Below are positions 1 to 9,282 of a stretch of 64,000 nt of DNA, one piece after another. The notes below the pieces were generated by a model that was given only the letters and a program-made list of their open reading frames with translations, did not search any database and was not told the origin of the DNA. How positions within the stretch are numbered: the stretch's first letter is position 1; each line of letters starts with the position of its first letter. Origin of the DNA: a virus (lineage: Duplodnaviria > Caudoviricetes); the IMG/VR virus record IMGVR_UViG_3300032237_000809, positions 32,001 through 96,000 of that record, one strand, 5' to 3'. The translations under genes were made by a program, and so were the position numbers.

Positions 1-1
1 C

Positions 2-769
2 ATAAGAAAAACCATTATTGCTTTTGGTACTCTTTTTAATAACATCTATATAAAGCATCAAGATTCTGAAGAAAATATTTATAGTGAACTCAGAGTCCCA
101 TTGGCATATGGTCCAATGCAAAAATTTCTTGCAAGACTTGAACAGCAAGCAGATTTAAATAAACCTGTTCAAACTACATTACCTAGAATGTCATTTGAAA
201 TGGTTTCCATCAAATATGATCCAAGCAGAAAGGTTGGAGCAACACAATCTTTCTCAGCATCTGATGGAAATAAACTAAAAAAAGTTTATATGCCAGTTGC
301 GTATAATATTGGATTTGAATTAAATATCTTTACAAAATTAAATGACGATTCATTCCAGATCGTAGAGCAGATTCTTCCTTATTTTCAACCAGCATTTACT
401 CTTACTATAGATTTGGTAAATTCAATTGGTGAGAAAAGAGATATTCCTTTAGTTTTAGATGATGTTTCTTTTAAAGATGATTATGAAGGTGATTTTTCTA
501 CAAGAAGATCTTTAATTTATACTCTAAAATTTACAGCAAAAACATATCTGTTTGGTCCTATTGCAGATACTACAGATGGTCTTATTCGTAAAGTACAAGT
601 CGATCTCTATACGGGTACAGATACTGTAAATTCTAAGAGAGAAATGAGATATACAGTTGTTCCAGATCCTATTGATGCCGAACCAACTGATGACTTTGGA
701 TTTAATGAGAATTGGGAATTCTTTAACGATTCTAAAACTTATAGTCCAACTCAAAAAACTGATATTTAA
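2..769 (+). CDS. gp15: Tail sheath stabilizer / tail completion protein (5'-truncated; frame is open from window start)
   Basis: IRKTIIAFGTLFN upstream of the called start, VPLAYGP..KFLARL, LPRMSFE, QIVEQILPYFQP motifs; lies before gp16/gp17. Confidence 0.92.
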   Translation: MRKTIIAFGTLFNNIYIKHQDSEENIYSELRVPLAYGPMQKFLARLEQQADLNKPVQTTLPRMSFEMVSIKYDPSRKVGATQSFSASDGNKLKKVYMPVAYNIGFELNIFTKLNDDSFQIVEQILPYFQPAFTLTIDLVNSIGEKRDIPLVLDDVSFKDDYEGDFSTRRSLIYTLKFTAKTYLFGPIADTTDGLIRKVQVDLYTGTDTVNSKREMRYTVVPDPIDAEPTDDFGFNENWEFFNDSKTYSPTQKTDI

Positions 770-780
770 TGGTAATTAAT

Positions 781-1209
781 ATGGCAAATAATTTTGAATC
801 CATTGATAAAACATTGAATACTAAAAGTAACATCATCGAAGTTGAACCAAAAGTATCCAATGTTAAAATACTGAAGGCGACTCCAGATGATATTCAAAAA
901 GATTATGAATATAGTAGAGCACAATTATATTCACTTATTGAAAAAGGCCAGGAAACATTGAATGGCATTATGGAACTTGCAGCAGAAACTGCTAGTCCAA
1001 GGGCATATGAAGTTGCAGGACAGATTTTAAAAAGTGTTGGTGATACTGCAGATAAATTAATTGATCTTCAGAAGAAAATGAAAGGTATTGAAGATGAAGA
1101 TGCAAAGGCAACTAATAATGTAACTAATAATGCGGTTTTTGTTGGATCAACGTCAGAATTGCAAAAATTACTCAAAAAAGGTTTTCTAAATAATAAAGAG
1201 AAATTTTAA
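781..1209 (+). CDS. gp16: Terminase small subunit
   Basis: DYEYSR..LY.LIEKGQE, SPRAYEVAGQ, NNAVFVGSTSELQK motifs; start could be 769. Confidence 0.92.
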   Translation: MANNFESIDKTLNTKSNIIEVEPKVSNVKILKATPDDIQKDYEYSRAQLYSLIEKGQETLNGIMELAAETASPRAYEVAGQILKSVGDTADKLIDLQKKMKGIEDEDAKATNNVTNNAVFVGSTSELQKLLKKGFLNNKEKF

Positions 1210-1217
1210 ATATATAA

Positions 1218-3245
1218 ATGGATCTCAAGTCTCATAGAACAGTTGAACAAATTGCAAAGAAACATCGTTTGGATATTTCTTTTGTAAAAAAACAACTTGA
1301 AATGGGAATTCCAATTGAGCATGAACATACGCAAAATAGAATTATAGCAACTGATATTGCTCTTCAACATTTAGATGAGATTCCAGATTATTATACTCGT
1401 CTTAAAAAAATGGAAGCATCTGCAAAAAAAGAACATAAAAAGTTCAGAGATGTAAAAGAAGATGCTGTGACTGACCTTCAGAGAGGTATTACTGAATTAC
1501 CTGATGCATCCTATGATTCCATAGATAATTTAATGAGACGCATTATGAAGAAAAGAAAAATGAGCGCCAAACAACTTCATAATGATTTTGTTAATAGACA
1601 CAATCAAACTCCAGATACTTGGGCAAAAAAGAACATGAAGGAAGAAACCAAATCTGGAGATCAAGGTCTTCATGATTGGTTTGACAAATCCAAATCAAAA
1701 GATAAAAAACCAGGTTGGGTAAATGTTGTAACTGGCGGAACTTGTGCAAGTGATGAACCTGGAGAAGGAGTTCCAAAGTGTGTATCTTCTCAGAGAAGAG
1801 CAAATATGTCCAAAGAAGAAAGATTATCAGCATCAAGAAGAAAAAAAGCAGCAGATCCTAGACAACAAGAAAAATCTGGTGCTGCAAAACCAACAAATGT
1901 AAGGACGGAAGAAATGGATCTACAAGAAGTAAAAGATAAACCAGGTAAAGGTAGTGGTAAAAAAGATGCTTGTTATAATAAAGTAAAGTCAAGATATGAT
2001 GTTTGGCCTAGTGCATATGCATCTGGAGCACTTGTCAAGTGTCGTAAAGTTGGTGCTGCTAATTGGGGAACAAAAAGTGAGGCAGCAAACCTTGATCAAC
2101 AACCAGCAATTGCAATTAAGATGAAAAAGAAAGGAATTAAACCAAAATCAGAAATGGAGGAAGATTGTTGGGATGAATATAAGAAAAAAGGTATGAAAAA
2201 GAAAGGTAATAAAATGGTTCCAAATTGCGTTCCAATAAAAGAAACAATGGAAATGAAAAGATATTGTCCAAAATGTGCAAAAGAAGAAACTCGTGATGAA
2301 TGCAAATATGGGCAAAAATATTGGGATATGTTCTCAATGCCAATTACTTTAAAGCATTATACACCAAATACTCCCCATCCTGGAAATATGCCAGAAGAAA
2401 AAGATTATGAGTATTCAATGGCACGTTCTGAACTGAATACAATCATAAACGCCTCAAAAAGATTAAAGAAAAAAATAGGTAAAGGTGAAGGCAATCTTGA
2501 AGCATGGATTCAATCCAAAATTACTAAAGCCGCAGATTATATCGACACTGCTGCCGATTATATTGATAGTGGCGAAAGTAAAGTAAATGAAGATGTTACC
2601 ATTGAAGATGCGGACGGTAATACATTTCTCAGAATTATTAATATTATCAGACCGGAACGATTGAAGACAACAAGAGGTATTAGTAATAGATTAGTTGGAG
2701 AAAGTATTTCTAGTGAACCAAAGTTAAAACCAGGATCTGGACTTGGTGGTGGAAAACCAGTTTATGAGAAAGAAAAAGAACCAAAACCAACAGGTGCAGA
2801 ATTGCCAAAATTACCTTTAGCAAAGGGAGAAGGTGGATCTCCATATGAACCATATAAGGCACCAAAAGAGGATCCAAAAAATCCTTATGTTCCTGCACCA
2901 AAAAGACTAAAGGTTCAATTAGCACATTATGAGTTTGAAGGTAAAACTCTTTCTCAATTTATGATTGAAGCATCCGCTGCTTGGCAAAGAAAAGAGGGAA
3001 AGAATCCTGAGGGTGGTCTAAACAAAAAAGGAATCTCCTCATACCGAAAAGAGCATCCAGGATCACACCTTTCACTTGCGGTTACAACTAAACCATCAAA
3101 GTTGAAAGCAGGTTCTAAAAAAGCAAATCGCAGAAAGTCTTTTTGTAGTCGTATGTCTGGCATGAAAGCAAAATTAACAAGTGCAAAAACTGCAAATGAT
3201 CCTAATTCAAGAATCAATAAATCATTAAGAAAGTGGAATTGTTAG
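1218..3245 (+). CDS. Modular Lys/Glu-rich late protein, probable internal head polyprotein
   Basis: String of short basic modules (MGIPIEHEHT..IALQHLDEIPDYYTRL; KKDACYNKVKSRYDVWPSAYASGALVKCRK; WQRKEGKNPEGGLN..RRKSFCSRM..SLRKWNC) separated by acidic linkers. Confidence 0.6.
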   Translation: MDLKSHRTVEQIAKKHRLDISFVKKQLEMGIPIEHEHTQNRIIATDIALQHLDEIPDYYTRLKKMEASAKKEHKKFRDVKEDAVTDLQRGITELPDASYDSIDNLMRRIMKKRKMSAKQLHNDFVNRHNQTPDTWAKKNMKEETKSGDQGLHDWFDKSKSKDKKPGWVNVVTGGTCASDEPGEGVPKCVSSQRRANMSKEERLSASRRKKAADPRQQEKSGAAKPTNVRTEEMDLQEVKDKPGKGSGKKDACYNKVKSRYDVWPSAYASGALVKCRKVGAANWGTKSEAANLDQQPAIAIKMKKKGIKPKSEMEEDCWDEYKKKGMKKKGNKMVPNCVPIKETMEMKRYCPKCAKEETRDECKYGQKYWDMFSMPITLKHYTPNTPHPGNMPEEKDYEYSMARSELNTIINASKRLKKKIGKGEGNLEAWIQSKITKAADYIDTAADYIDSGESKVNEDVTIEDADGNTFLRIINIIRPERLKTTRGISNRLVGESISSEPKLKPGSGLGGGKPVYEKEKEPKPTGAELPKLPLAKGEGGSPYEPYKAPKEDPKNPYVPAPKRLKVQLAHYEFEGKTLSQFMIEASAAWQRKEGKNPEGGLNKKGISSYRKEHPGSHLSLAVTTKPSKLKAGSKKANRRKSFCSRMSGMKAKLTSAKTANDPNSRINKSLRKWNC

Positions 3246-3246
3246 T

Positions 3247-4125
3247 ATGAATGAATTAACAGAACTTTTTAAGTTAGTAGCGCAAGAAAAGAAACAAAAA
3301 AAAGAAGAATTTGAATCTTTAGTCGGTGACTTGGGACTAGATTCCATCTTTGAGGAAGTTTCTATTCTCAAAACTAAGAGTAAAATAAAAAATAAAAAAG
3401 GTGATAAGGCACTCAAAGTATTTGAGGACTTACTATCATCTAGAGAGATGGAACCGAATATTGAAGAAGAAATTGAAGAAATTTTTGAAGTAGTAGAAGA
3501 ACTTCAAGAAGAACTTGAAGAACCAAAAAATAAACTGATTGAACGGTCATTAGGACTTCTTGCAGAACCATCAAATACTAAAGTTCAGCAAGACCCACTC
3601 ACTCCACTGGATCAGAAGTTTGCAACACTCGACGATTTACAGAAACATTACAGTACTTTCCTTTCTCGTATTCAACAACAACTCTCCACATTAGGTGGTG
3701 GTGGTGAAACTCGTTTAAGATACCTTGATGATATTGTGGGAGTTGCAACAAATTCAAGTGCTTATAATCAAAAGTTTTTGCAATGGAATTCAACTACAAA
3801 TACGGCAGAGTTTGTTGATCCAAGTGATTCTGAAACTACGACGATAGTTTCTATCAGTGGAATTACGCCATACTATCAAGCATCAAATGTAGATGATTAT
3901 ATTGGCGTAAGTGCGAATGTTCCCGTAACTATTGATTTGCCATTATCTCCCATAGTAGGTAAAAAAATTGTTGTAAAAGATGAGGGAAATAAAATCGCTA
4001 CATATAATATCACAGTACAAGCAGGTGCTGGAACAAGTGTTGAGAATGATAGTTCAGTTATTATGGATATCAATCATCAAAGTTTCACATACTTCTTTAA
4101 TGGAAATAATTGGTTCTTAATCTAA
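3247..4125 (+). CDS. Hypothetical virion protein: acidic coiled-coil N-terminus, fibre-like beta C-terminal domain
   Basis: RIQQQLSTLGGGGE..YLDDIVG linker and VTIDLP...GKKIVVKDEG...NGNNW domain resembling phage fibre/baseplate repeats. Confidence 0.55.
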   Translation: MNELTELFKLVAQEKKQKKEEFESLVGDLGLDSIFEEVSILKTKSKIKNKKGDKALKVFEDLLSSREMEPNIEEEIEEIFEVVEELQEELEEPKNKLIERSLGLLAEPSNTKVQQDPLTPLDQKFATLDDLQKHYSTFLSRIQQQLSTLGGGGETRLRYLDDIVGVATNSSAYNQKFLQWNSTTNTAEFVDPSDSETTTIVSISGITPYYQASNVDDYIGVSANVPVTIDLPLSPIVGKKIVVKDEGNKIATYNITVQAGAGTSVENDSSVIMDINHQSFTYFFNGNNWFLI

Positions 4126-4126
4126 T

Positions 4127-4981
4127 ATGTCATATAATCCTCTTCCACAACCAGCAAATGTAGTTGCCATTAGTGCTGGTTCATCGGTCACAGAAGTTAA
4201 TAGATTTCCAGTAGGTATTGGTTCCACTGGTTTTGTAACACTTAAAACTGGAAATACTCCAATCAGTTTTTCCAATCCACTTCCAGTATCATTGGGTTCA
4301 TCCAATATTACTATTACTGGTAATGTAAATGTAGGAACTACGGTATCAGTCACTAGTACTCCACAAAATCCAGTTCACACTCACATTACTGAAGTTGGTT
4401 CAAGTGGTATTTTGCAGGATATGGGTATCCCATATCTTCCAGTGGGTATATCAACTTTTAATAATATTATAGTTATCAAACAACCTGAAGGCAGTTTATA
4501 TTCATTCAACAATCACGCAACAAATACAAATCGCGGTTGGACTATGGACGATACAATGAGACCTGTGCTGAGTATTAGAGTGAATAGTTCTGGAACCACT
4601 ATAGCAGATTTGGCAGAAATTGCAGAATATGAAATTGGAAATAATAACGCAAGTCAAAGCACTATCATCTATGAGTGGTATGAGGGTGATATTAATATTT
4701 CTGGAGCAGCAATTCCTGCTTGGAATTCATTAGGAACAAAATTGCAATATAGAGTATATCAAGATAAGTATAGCAGTAATGCGGGAAATACCTTTACACA
4801 AAATAGTTCTGTTATGAGACATAGTGGAGTTATTATTGGAAAAAATACTTCAGGTGATGAAGGACCATCAACTATGCATGGTGGAGCATCTCCAAATATG
4901 CTTACACTTTGTATGAGAAGAGTTGATAACTCAACGAAATTGGATGTTTGGTTTGCTTTTACTTGTAAGGAATTATCTTAA
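4127..4981 (+). CDS. Hypothetical structural protein (Ser/Thr/Gly/Asn-rich)
   Basis: 284-aa ORF abutting both neighbours in the late operon. Confidence 0.55.
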   Translation: MSYNPLPQPANVVAISAGSSVTEVNRFPVGIGSTGFVTLKTGNTPISFSNPLPVSLGSSNITITGNVNVGTTVSVTSTPQNPVHTHITEVGSSGILQDMGIPYLPVGISTFNNIIVIKQPEGSLYSFNNHATNTNRGWTMDDTMRPVLSIRVNSSGTTIADLAEIAEYEIGNNNASQSTIIYEWYEGDINISGAAIPAWNSLGTKLQYRVYQDKYSSNAGNTFTQNSSVMRHSGVIIGKNTSGDEGPSTMHGGASPNMLTLCMRRVDNSTKLDVWFAFTCKELS

Positions 4982-4986
4982 CTATT

Positions 4987-6876
4987 ATGACAATCGAAGA
5001 TATTCAACTAAAGCAATCCGATGCTTATCTCTCTAATCCAAATTTAAAGAGAGCAAACACAACTATTGAGTGGACTGAAGATCAAATTATTGAGTTTTTG
5101 AGATGTAAAGAAAATCCTGTATATTTTGCAAAAAATTACATTAAAATTGTTTCTCTTGATGAAGGACTTGTTCCTTTTGAAATGTATCCGTTTCAGGAAA
5201 AATTAGTTCAACGATTTCATGAGAATCGTTTTAATATATGTAAAATGCCACGCCAAACCGGCAAATCTTTAGCATTAGACACTCCAATTCCAACTCCAAA
5301 TAGTTGGACAACAATGGGGGATTTAAAAGTTGGGGATGTTATTTTTTCCCCCTCTGGCGATAGTGTTTCGGTTACTATGAAAACTGAAATAATGTATAAT
5401 CATAATTGCTATAAATTATATTTTGATAATGGTGAGGAAATAGTTGCAGATGCGGGTCATTTATGGGAGGTTGATAGTTCATATTGGAGAACTGGTAAAA
5501 AAGTATTAACATCTCAAGAAATATACGATAAGTACGAAACAAAAACTAAAAATAAAAGAGGAAGTGGCGTTCAAGGGTCATTATATATTGAAAAATCCAA
5601 ACCAATCAATTTTATTAAAAACTCATTAGATATTGATCCATATCTTCTTGGAGTTTGGTTGGGAGATGGATATTCTTCAGATGGAAGAATTGTAGCACAT
5701 AAAGATGATTATGAGTTCTATAAGACTATATTCGATATAGAGCATGAAAGAGAAGATGGTAATTGTATGAGATTTAAAGTTAGAGATTTTAAATTAAAAT
5801 TAAAATCTCACAATTTATTAAAAAACAAACATATTCCACAAAATTATTTAAGATCTTCCTATGAAGATAGGTTAGAATTACTTCGTGGATTAATGGATAC
5901 CGATGGATCTGTTACAAAAAATACTAGATCTTTTGAATTTTATCAAAAAAATTATGATTTTATATTACAAGTTGTGGAATTGCTCTCTACCCTTGGCATT
6001 AAATCTAATATTAGAAGAAAAAAAATAAAAGACATTTACTATCACACAGTATCATTTACTACCAAAGAAAGAATATTCAATCTTTCAAGAAAATTGAATA
6101 ATATTGATGTGCTAAGACCAACAAGAATTCAAGAAAATCGACATTATATTCATAAGATAGAAAAAGTTGATAGTGTTCCAGTTGCTTGTATTCAAGTAGA
6201 TAGTGAAGATCATCTATTCTTATGTGGTAAGACTTTTATACCAACTCACAACTCTACAACTTGCGTATCCTACTTACTCCATTATGCAGTTTTTAATGAT
6301 AATGTAAATATTGCTATTCTAGCAAACAAAGCATCTACTGCTAAAGATCTTTTAGGAAGATTGCAACTAGCATATGAAAATCTTCCTAAATGGATGCAAC
6401 AAGGTATTGTATCTTGGAACAAGCAATCATTAGAACTAGAAAACGGATCAAAAATTGTTGCTGCTTCAACTTCCGCATCTGCTGTTCGTGGTGGATCTTA
6501 TAATATCATATTTTTGGACGAATTTGCGTTTATTCCAAATAATATTGCAGATCAGTTCTTTGCGTCGGTTTATCCTACTATTTCTTCCGGTAAATCTACC
6601 AAAGTAATTATTGTATCTACGCCTCACGGTATGAATCACTTCTACCGTATGTGGCATGATGCTGAGAAGGGTAAAAATGAATATGTTCCAACAGATGTTC
6701 ATTGGTCTGAAGTTCCTGGTAGAGATGCAAAATGGAAGGCATCTACGATTTCCAACACCAGCGAATCCCAATTTAAGGTAGAATTTGAAAGTCTTGACTA
6801 TACAACTGTTATAAATAATGGTATGATAGATGTATCTATCGGAGATTTATATGAACAACTCAAAAACGAACAGTAA
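4987..6876 (+). CDS. gp17: Terminase large subunit, N-terminal part (ATPase), containing a full intein and ending in a split-intein N-fragment
   Basis: YLSNPNLKR, PFQ, Walker A RQTGK|ST interrupted by intein, Walker B IIFLDEFAF, IVSTPHG; ends FKVEFE followed by IntN. Confidence 0.95.
   Translation: MTIEDIQLKQSDAYLSNPNLKRANTTIEWTEDQIIEFLRCKENPVYFAKNYIKIVSLDEGLVPFEMYPFQEKLVQRFHENRFNICKMPRQTGKSLALDTPIPTPNSWTTMGDLKVGDVIFSPSGDSVSVTMKTEIMYNHNCYKLYFDNGEEIVADAGHLWEVDSSYWRTGKKVLTSQEIYDKYETKTKNKRGSGVQGSLYIEKSKPINFIKNSLDIDPYLLGVWLGDGYSSDGRIVAHKDDYEFYKTIFDIEHEREDGNCMRFKVRDFKLKLKSHNLLKNKHIPQNYLRSSYEDRLELLRGLMDTDGSVTKNTRSFEFYQKNYDFILQVVELLSTLGIKSNIRRKKIKDIYYHTVSFTTKERIFNLSRKLNNIDVLRPTRIQENRHYIHKIEKVDSVPVACIQVDSEDHLFLCGKTFIPTHNSTTCVSYLLHYAVFNDNVNIAILANKASTAKDLLGRLQLAYENLPKWMQQGIVSWNKQSLELENGSKIVAASTSASAVRGGSYNIIFLDEFAFIPNNIADQFFASVYPTISSGKSTKVIIVSTPHGMNHFYRMWHDAEKGKNEYVPTDVHWSEVPGRDAKWKASTISNTSESQFKVEFESLDYTTVINNGMIDVSIGDLYEQLKNEQ
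5266..6252 (+). mobile_element. 329-aa intein with LAGLIDADG endonuclease inserted in terminase Walker A; class-3 W-C-T signature
   Basis: Starts SLALDTPIPTPNSW, block B ADAGHLW, LLGVWLGDG and LLRGLMDTDG motifs, block F VACIQVD, ends IPTHN before Ser+1. Confidence 0.93.
6790..6873 (+). mobile_element. Atypical split intein N-fragment (28 aa, Ser1)
   Basis: SLDYTTVINNGMIDVSIGDLYEQLKNEQ directly after extein EFE, then stop; same layout as the short IntN of TerL atypical split inteins. Confidence 0.85.
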
Positions 6877-7996
6877 AAATATCACAAAAGAACAATTGGA
6901 ACATTTGTATCGTGATAAAAAAATGACTTTAGATGAGATTGGGATATATTTTGGATATGCAGATCGCCAACCCATTATTCGTTTATTTAAAAAATTTAAT
7001 ATAAAATCAAGAACAAAAGTGGAAAGTTCTGCCATAGTATTTGAAAATAAAAACAATATTCCGTCGAGAGATGAATTAAAAAAAGATTTAGAAACTATGA
7101 GCGTTTCTAAGGCAGCAAAAAAATATAATATTCATAGAGGATCTTTAACAAAAATTATAAAAAAATATGGTTTGGAAATAGATTATTTTGTAAATTTAAA
7201 TATCAAAGAAAATATTAACAACGAAGAATATAAAGATTTATCCCCCATAGAATTATCTTTGATATTTGGCGTAGAAGTACAGACTATAAAATACTACAAA
7301 AAAACATTCACTAGAAACCAATATGATTTAGAAACCATAAAGGAAAAATTTAACAAATATAATTTTAATTTTAATAGTAAAAGTTTAATAAAACAAATTA
7401 AATGTTCCGATAAAAATTTATATGATTCTATTTTTGAATTAACAAAAAATCAGTATTTACAAAGTAATAAATTTACTGAAAGAATTTATCGCCTTTTTAA
7501 TAATTATAGTGAAGATAAAATTGAACAATGTAAATATTGTAAAAATCCATTAAAATTTTATACTTATGAATTGGGATATGGTAATAGTGAGCATAATATT
7601 TGTAAAATGTGCAACCATTCTATTAATGGGGTATCATTAATTTCCCAAAAATTGTTTTGGAGCATTTATAATTCATTGAATTTTCAAGAAAAAAAGTTTT
7701 GCAAATTTTCAGAATTAAATATAGAAAAGAAAATTTATATAACTAGCAATGATAAATGTAAGTTACTAGAAGTAAAAAATAAATTAAATAAAAATTGCTA
7801 TTTTATTGATTTTATTTTCAATAATAAAATTATAGAATTTGATGGAACTTATTATCATAAAGATAAAGATAAAGATATAGCAAAAGACAAATTTTTAAAT
7901 CTCAAAGGTTATGAAGTTCTCCATATTGATGAATTGGAATATAAAAATTATCCCGAACAAATTTTAAACAAATGCATACAATTCCTGAAAGCGTAG
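6830..7996 (+). CDS. Free-standing homing endonuclease, Vsr/EDxHD (PD-(D/E)xK)-like, with N-terminal HTH repeats and CxxC pairs
   Basis: C-terminal YFIDF...KIIEFDGTYYH..D..KD..L...GYEVLHI; overlaps both halves of the fractured gp17; start may be 6851. Confidence 0.8.
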   Translation: MYLSEIYMNNSKTNSKNITKEQLEHLYRDKKMTLDEIGIYFGYADRQPIIRLFKKFNIKSRTKVESSAIVFENKNNIPSRDELKKDLETMSVSKAAKKYNIHRGSLTKIIKKYGLEIDYFVNLNIKENINNEEYKDLSPIELSLIFGVEVQTIKYYKKTFTRNQYDLETIKEKFNKYNFNFNSKSLIKQIKCSDKNLYDSIFELTKNQYLQSNKFTERIYRLFNNYSEDKIEQCKYCKNPLKFYTYELGYGNSEHNICKMCNHSINGVSLISQKLFWSIYNSLNFQEKKFCKFSELNIEKKIYITSNDKCKLLEVKNKLNKNCYFIDFIFNNKIIEFDGTYYHKDKDKDIAKDKFLNLKGYEVLHIDELEYKNYPEQILNKCIQFLKA

Positions 7997-8319
7997 TATT
8001 AAACAAAAAAGGACACAAAATACTTTCTCCTGAAGGTTTAGTATCCTTTTTTGGTATAAACAAAATAACTAAAAATAGTTACATTCATCTAAAGTTTTCT
8101 AATGGAAATGAATTGAAATGTTCTTTAGATCACCCATTATCTACAATTGATGGAATAATTAAAGCAAAGGATTTGGACAAATTTACAGAAATTTATACTA
8201 AGGATGGTGGATGTTTTTTAAAAAAATCAAAAATCATTGAGCAACAAATAGATCTATATGATATTGTAAATTCTGGTATTAACCACCTATATTATTCAAA
8301 TGATATAATATCACATAAC
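7972..8319 (+). mobile_element. Split intein C-fragment (116 aa) of terminase
   Basis: Holds blocks B, F (LYDIVN) and G (ISHN); Cys+1 at 8320. Confidence 0.88.
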
Positions 8320-9225
8320 TGCGAGTTCTTAGGATCGGTAGATACATTAATCAATGCATCAAAACTTAGAACGATGGTTTATGAGGATCCATCTAAAAGA
8401 AATAAAGGTCTTGATGTTTATGAAGATCCAAAAGAAGATCACAATTATTTAATTACTGTTGACGTGGCAAGAGGTGTTGGAAACGATTATTCTGCATTTA
8501 TAGTATTTGATATTACAAATTTTCCATACAGAACAGTAGCAAAATATAAGAATAATGAAATAAAACCTATGATGTTTCCTGCTATTATTCATGAAGTAGC
8601 AAAAGCGTATGATGATGCTTGGTTATTGATTGAAGTTAATGACATTGGTGATCAGGTGGCAAGTATTCTTCATTTTGATCTTGAATATGATAATGTTTTA
8701 ATGTGTTCAATGCGCGGCCGCGCAGGTCAAATTGTAGGATCTGGATTTAGTGGTAAAAAATCTCAACTTGGTGTCCGTATGACATCAGCGGTTAAAAAGT
8801 TAGGATGTTCTAACTTAAGAACCTTAGTTGAGGACGATAAACTTCTGATTAATGACTATGATATGATCTCAGAACTTACTACATTTATTCAAAAAAGTAG
8901 ATCATTTGAAGCAGAAGAGGGATGTAATGATGATTTAGCAATGTGTCTTGTTATATTTTCTTGGTTAGTTGCTCAAGATTATTTTAAAGAAATGACGAAT
9001 AATGATGTTCGTAAAAGAATCTATGAAGAGCAAAAGAATCAAGTAGAACAAGATATGGCACCCTTTGGATTTATTTTGGATGGATTAGATGATCCCGAAA
9101 TTTACGTAGAACCTGAGACTGGTGATAGATGGTTATTTGCAACAGCACAAAATGAAAATCAACCTTTAGAAATTTGGAATGTTGATGAGTATGGTGATAG
9201 ATCTCATGAATGGAATTATCGCTAA
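7972..9225 (+). CDS. gp17: Terminase large subunit, C-terminal part (nuclease), preceded by a 116-aa split-intein C-fragment
   Basis: Block B LKCSLDHPL, end YSNDIISHN then CEFLGS; nuclease motifs VDVARGVGNDYSAF, LIEVNDIG, GCNDDLAM. Confidence 0.95.
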   Translation: MHTIPESVVLNKKGHKILSPEGLVSFFGINKITKNSYIHLKFSNGNELKCSLDHPLSTIDGIIKAKDLDKFTEIYTKDGGCFLKKSKIIEQQIDLYDIVNSGINHLYYSNDIISHNCEFLGSVDTLINASKLRTMVYEDPSKRNKGLDVYEDPKEDHNYLITVDVARGVGNDYSAFIVFDITNFPYRTVAKYKNNEIKPMMFPAIIHEVAKAYDDAWLLIEVNDIGDQVASILHFDLEYDNVLMCSMRGRAGQIVGSGFSGKKSQLGVRMTSAVKKLGCSNLRTLVEDDKLLINDYDMISELTTFIQKSRSFEAEEGCNDDLAMCLVIFSWLVAQDYFKEMTNNDVRKRIYEEQKNQVEQDMAPFGFILDGLDDPEIYVEPETGDRWLFATAQNENQPLEIWNVDEYGDRSHEWNYR

Positions 9226-9238
9226 AGAGGCAGAATTT

Positions 9239-9246
9239 TATAAATA
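9239..9246 (+). promoter_or_regulatory. T4-type late promoter TATAAATA (gp18 operon)
   Basis: Exact gp55 consensus upstream of gp18. Other exact copies at 13816, 15856, 18552, 20003, 20071, 23731, 27464, 30228, 34272, 34303, 44052, 46560, 47250, 53474, 60311, 61786. Confidence 0.85.
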
Positions 9247-9282
9247 CTTTTAGAATAATTCTGGACTTGTCGGGGAATAAAA

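Noticed and set aside
6790-8319. Group I intron interrupting gp17 (likewise gp41)
   Set aside because: Both flanks encode intein blocks and the gap is filled by ORFs, leaving no room for a ribozyme core
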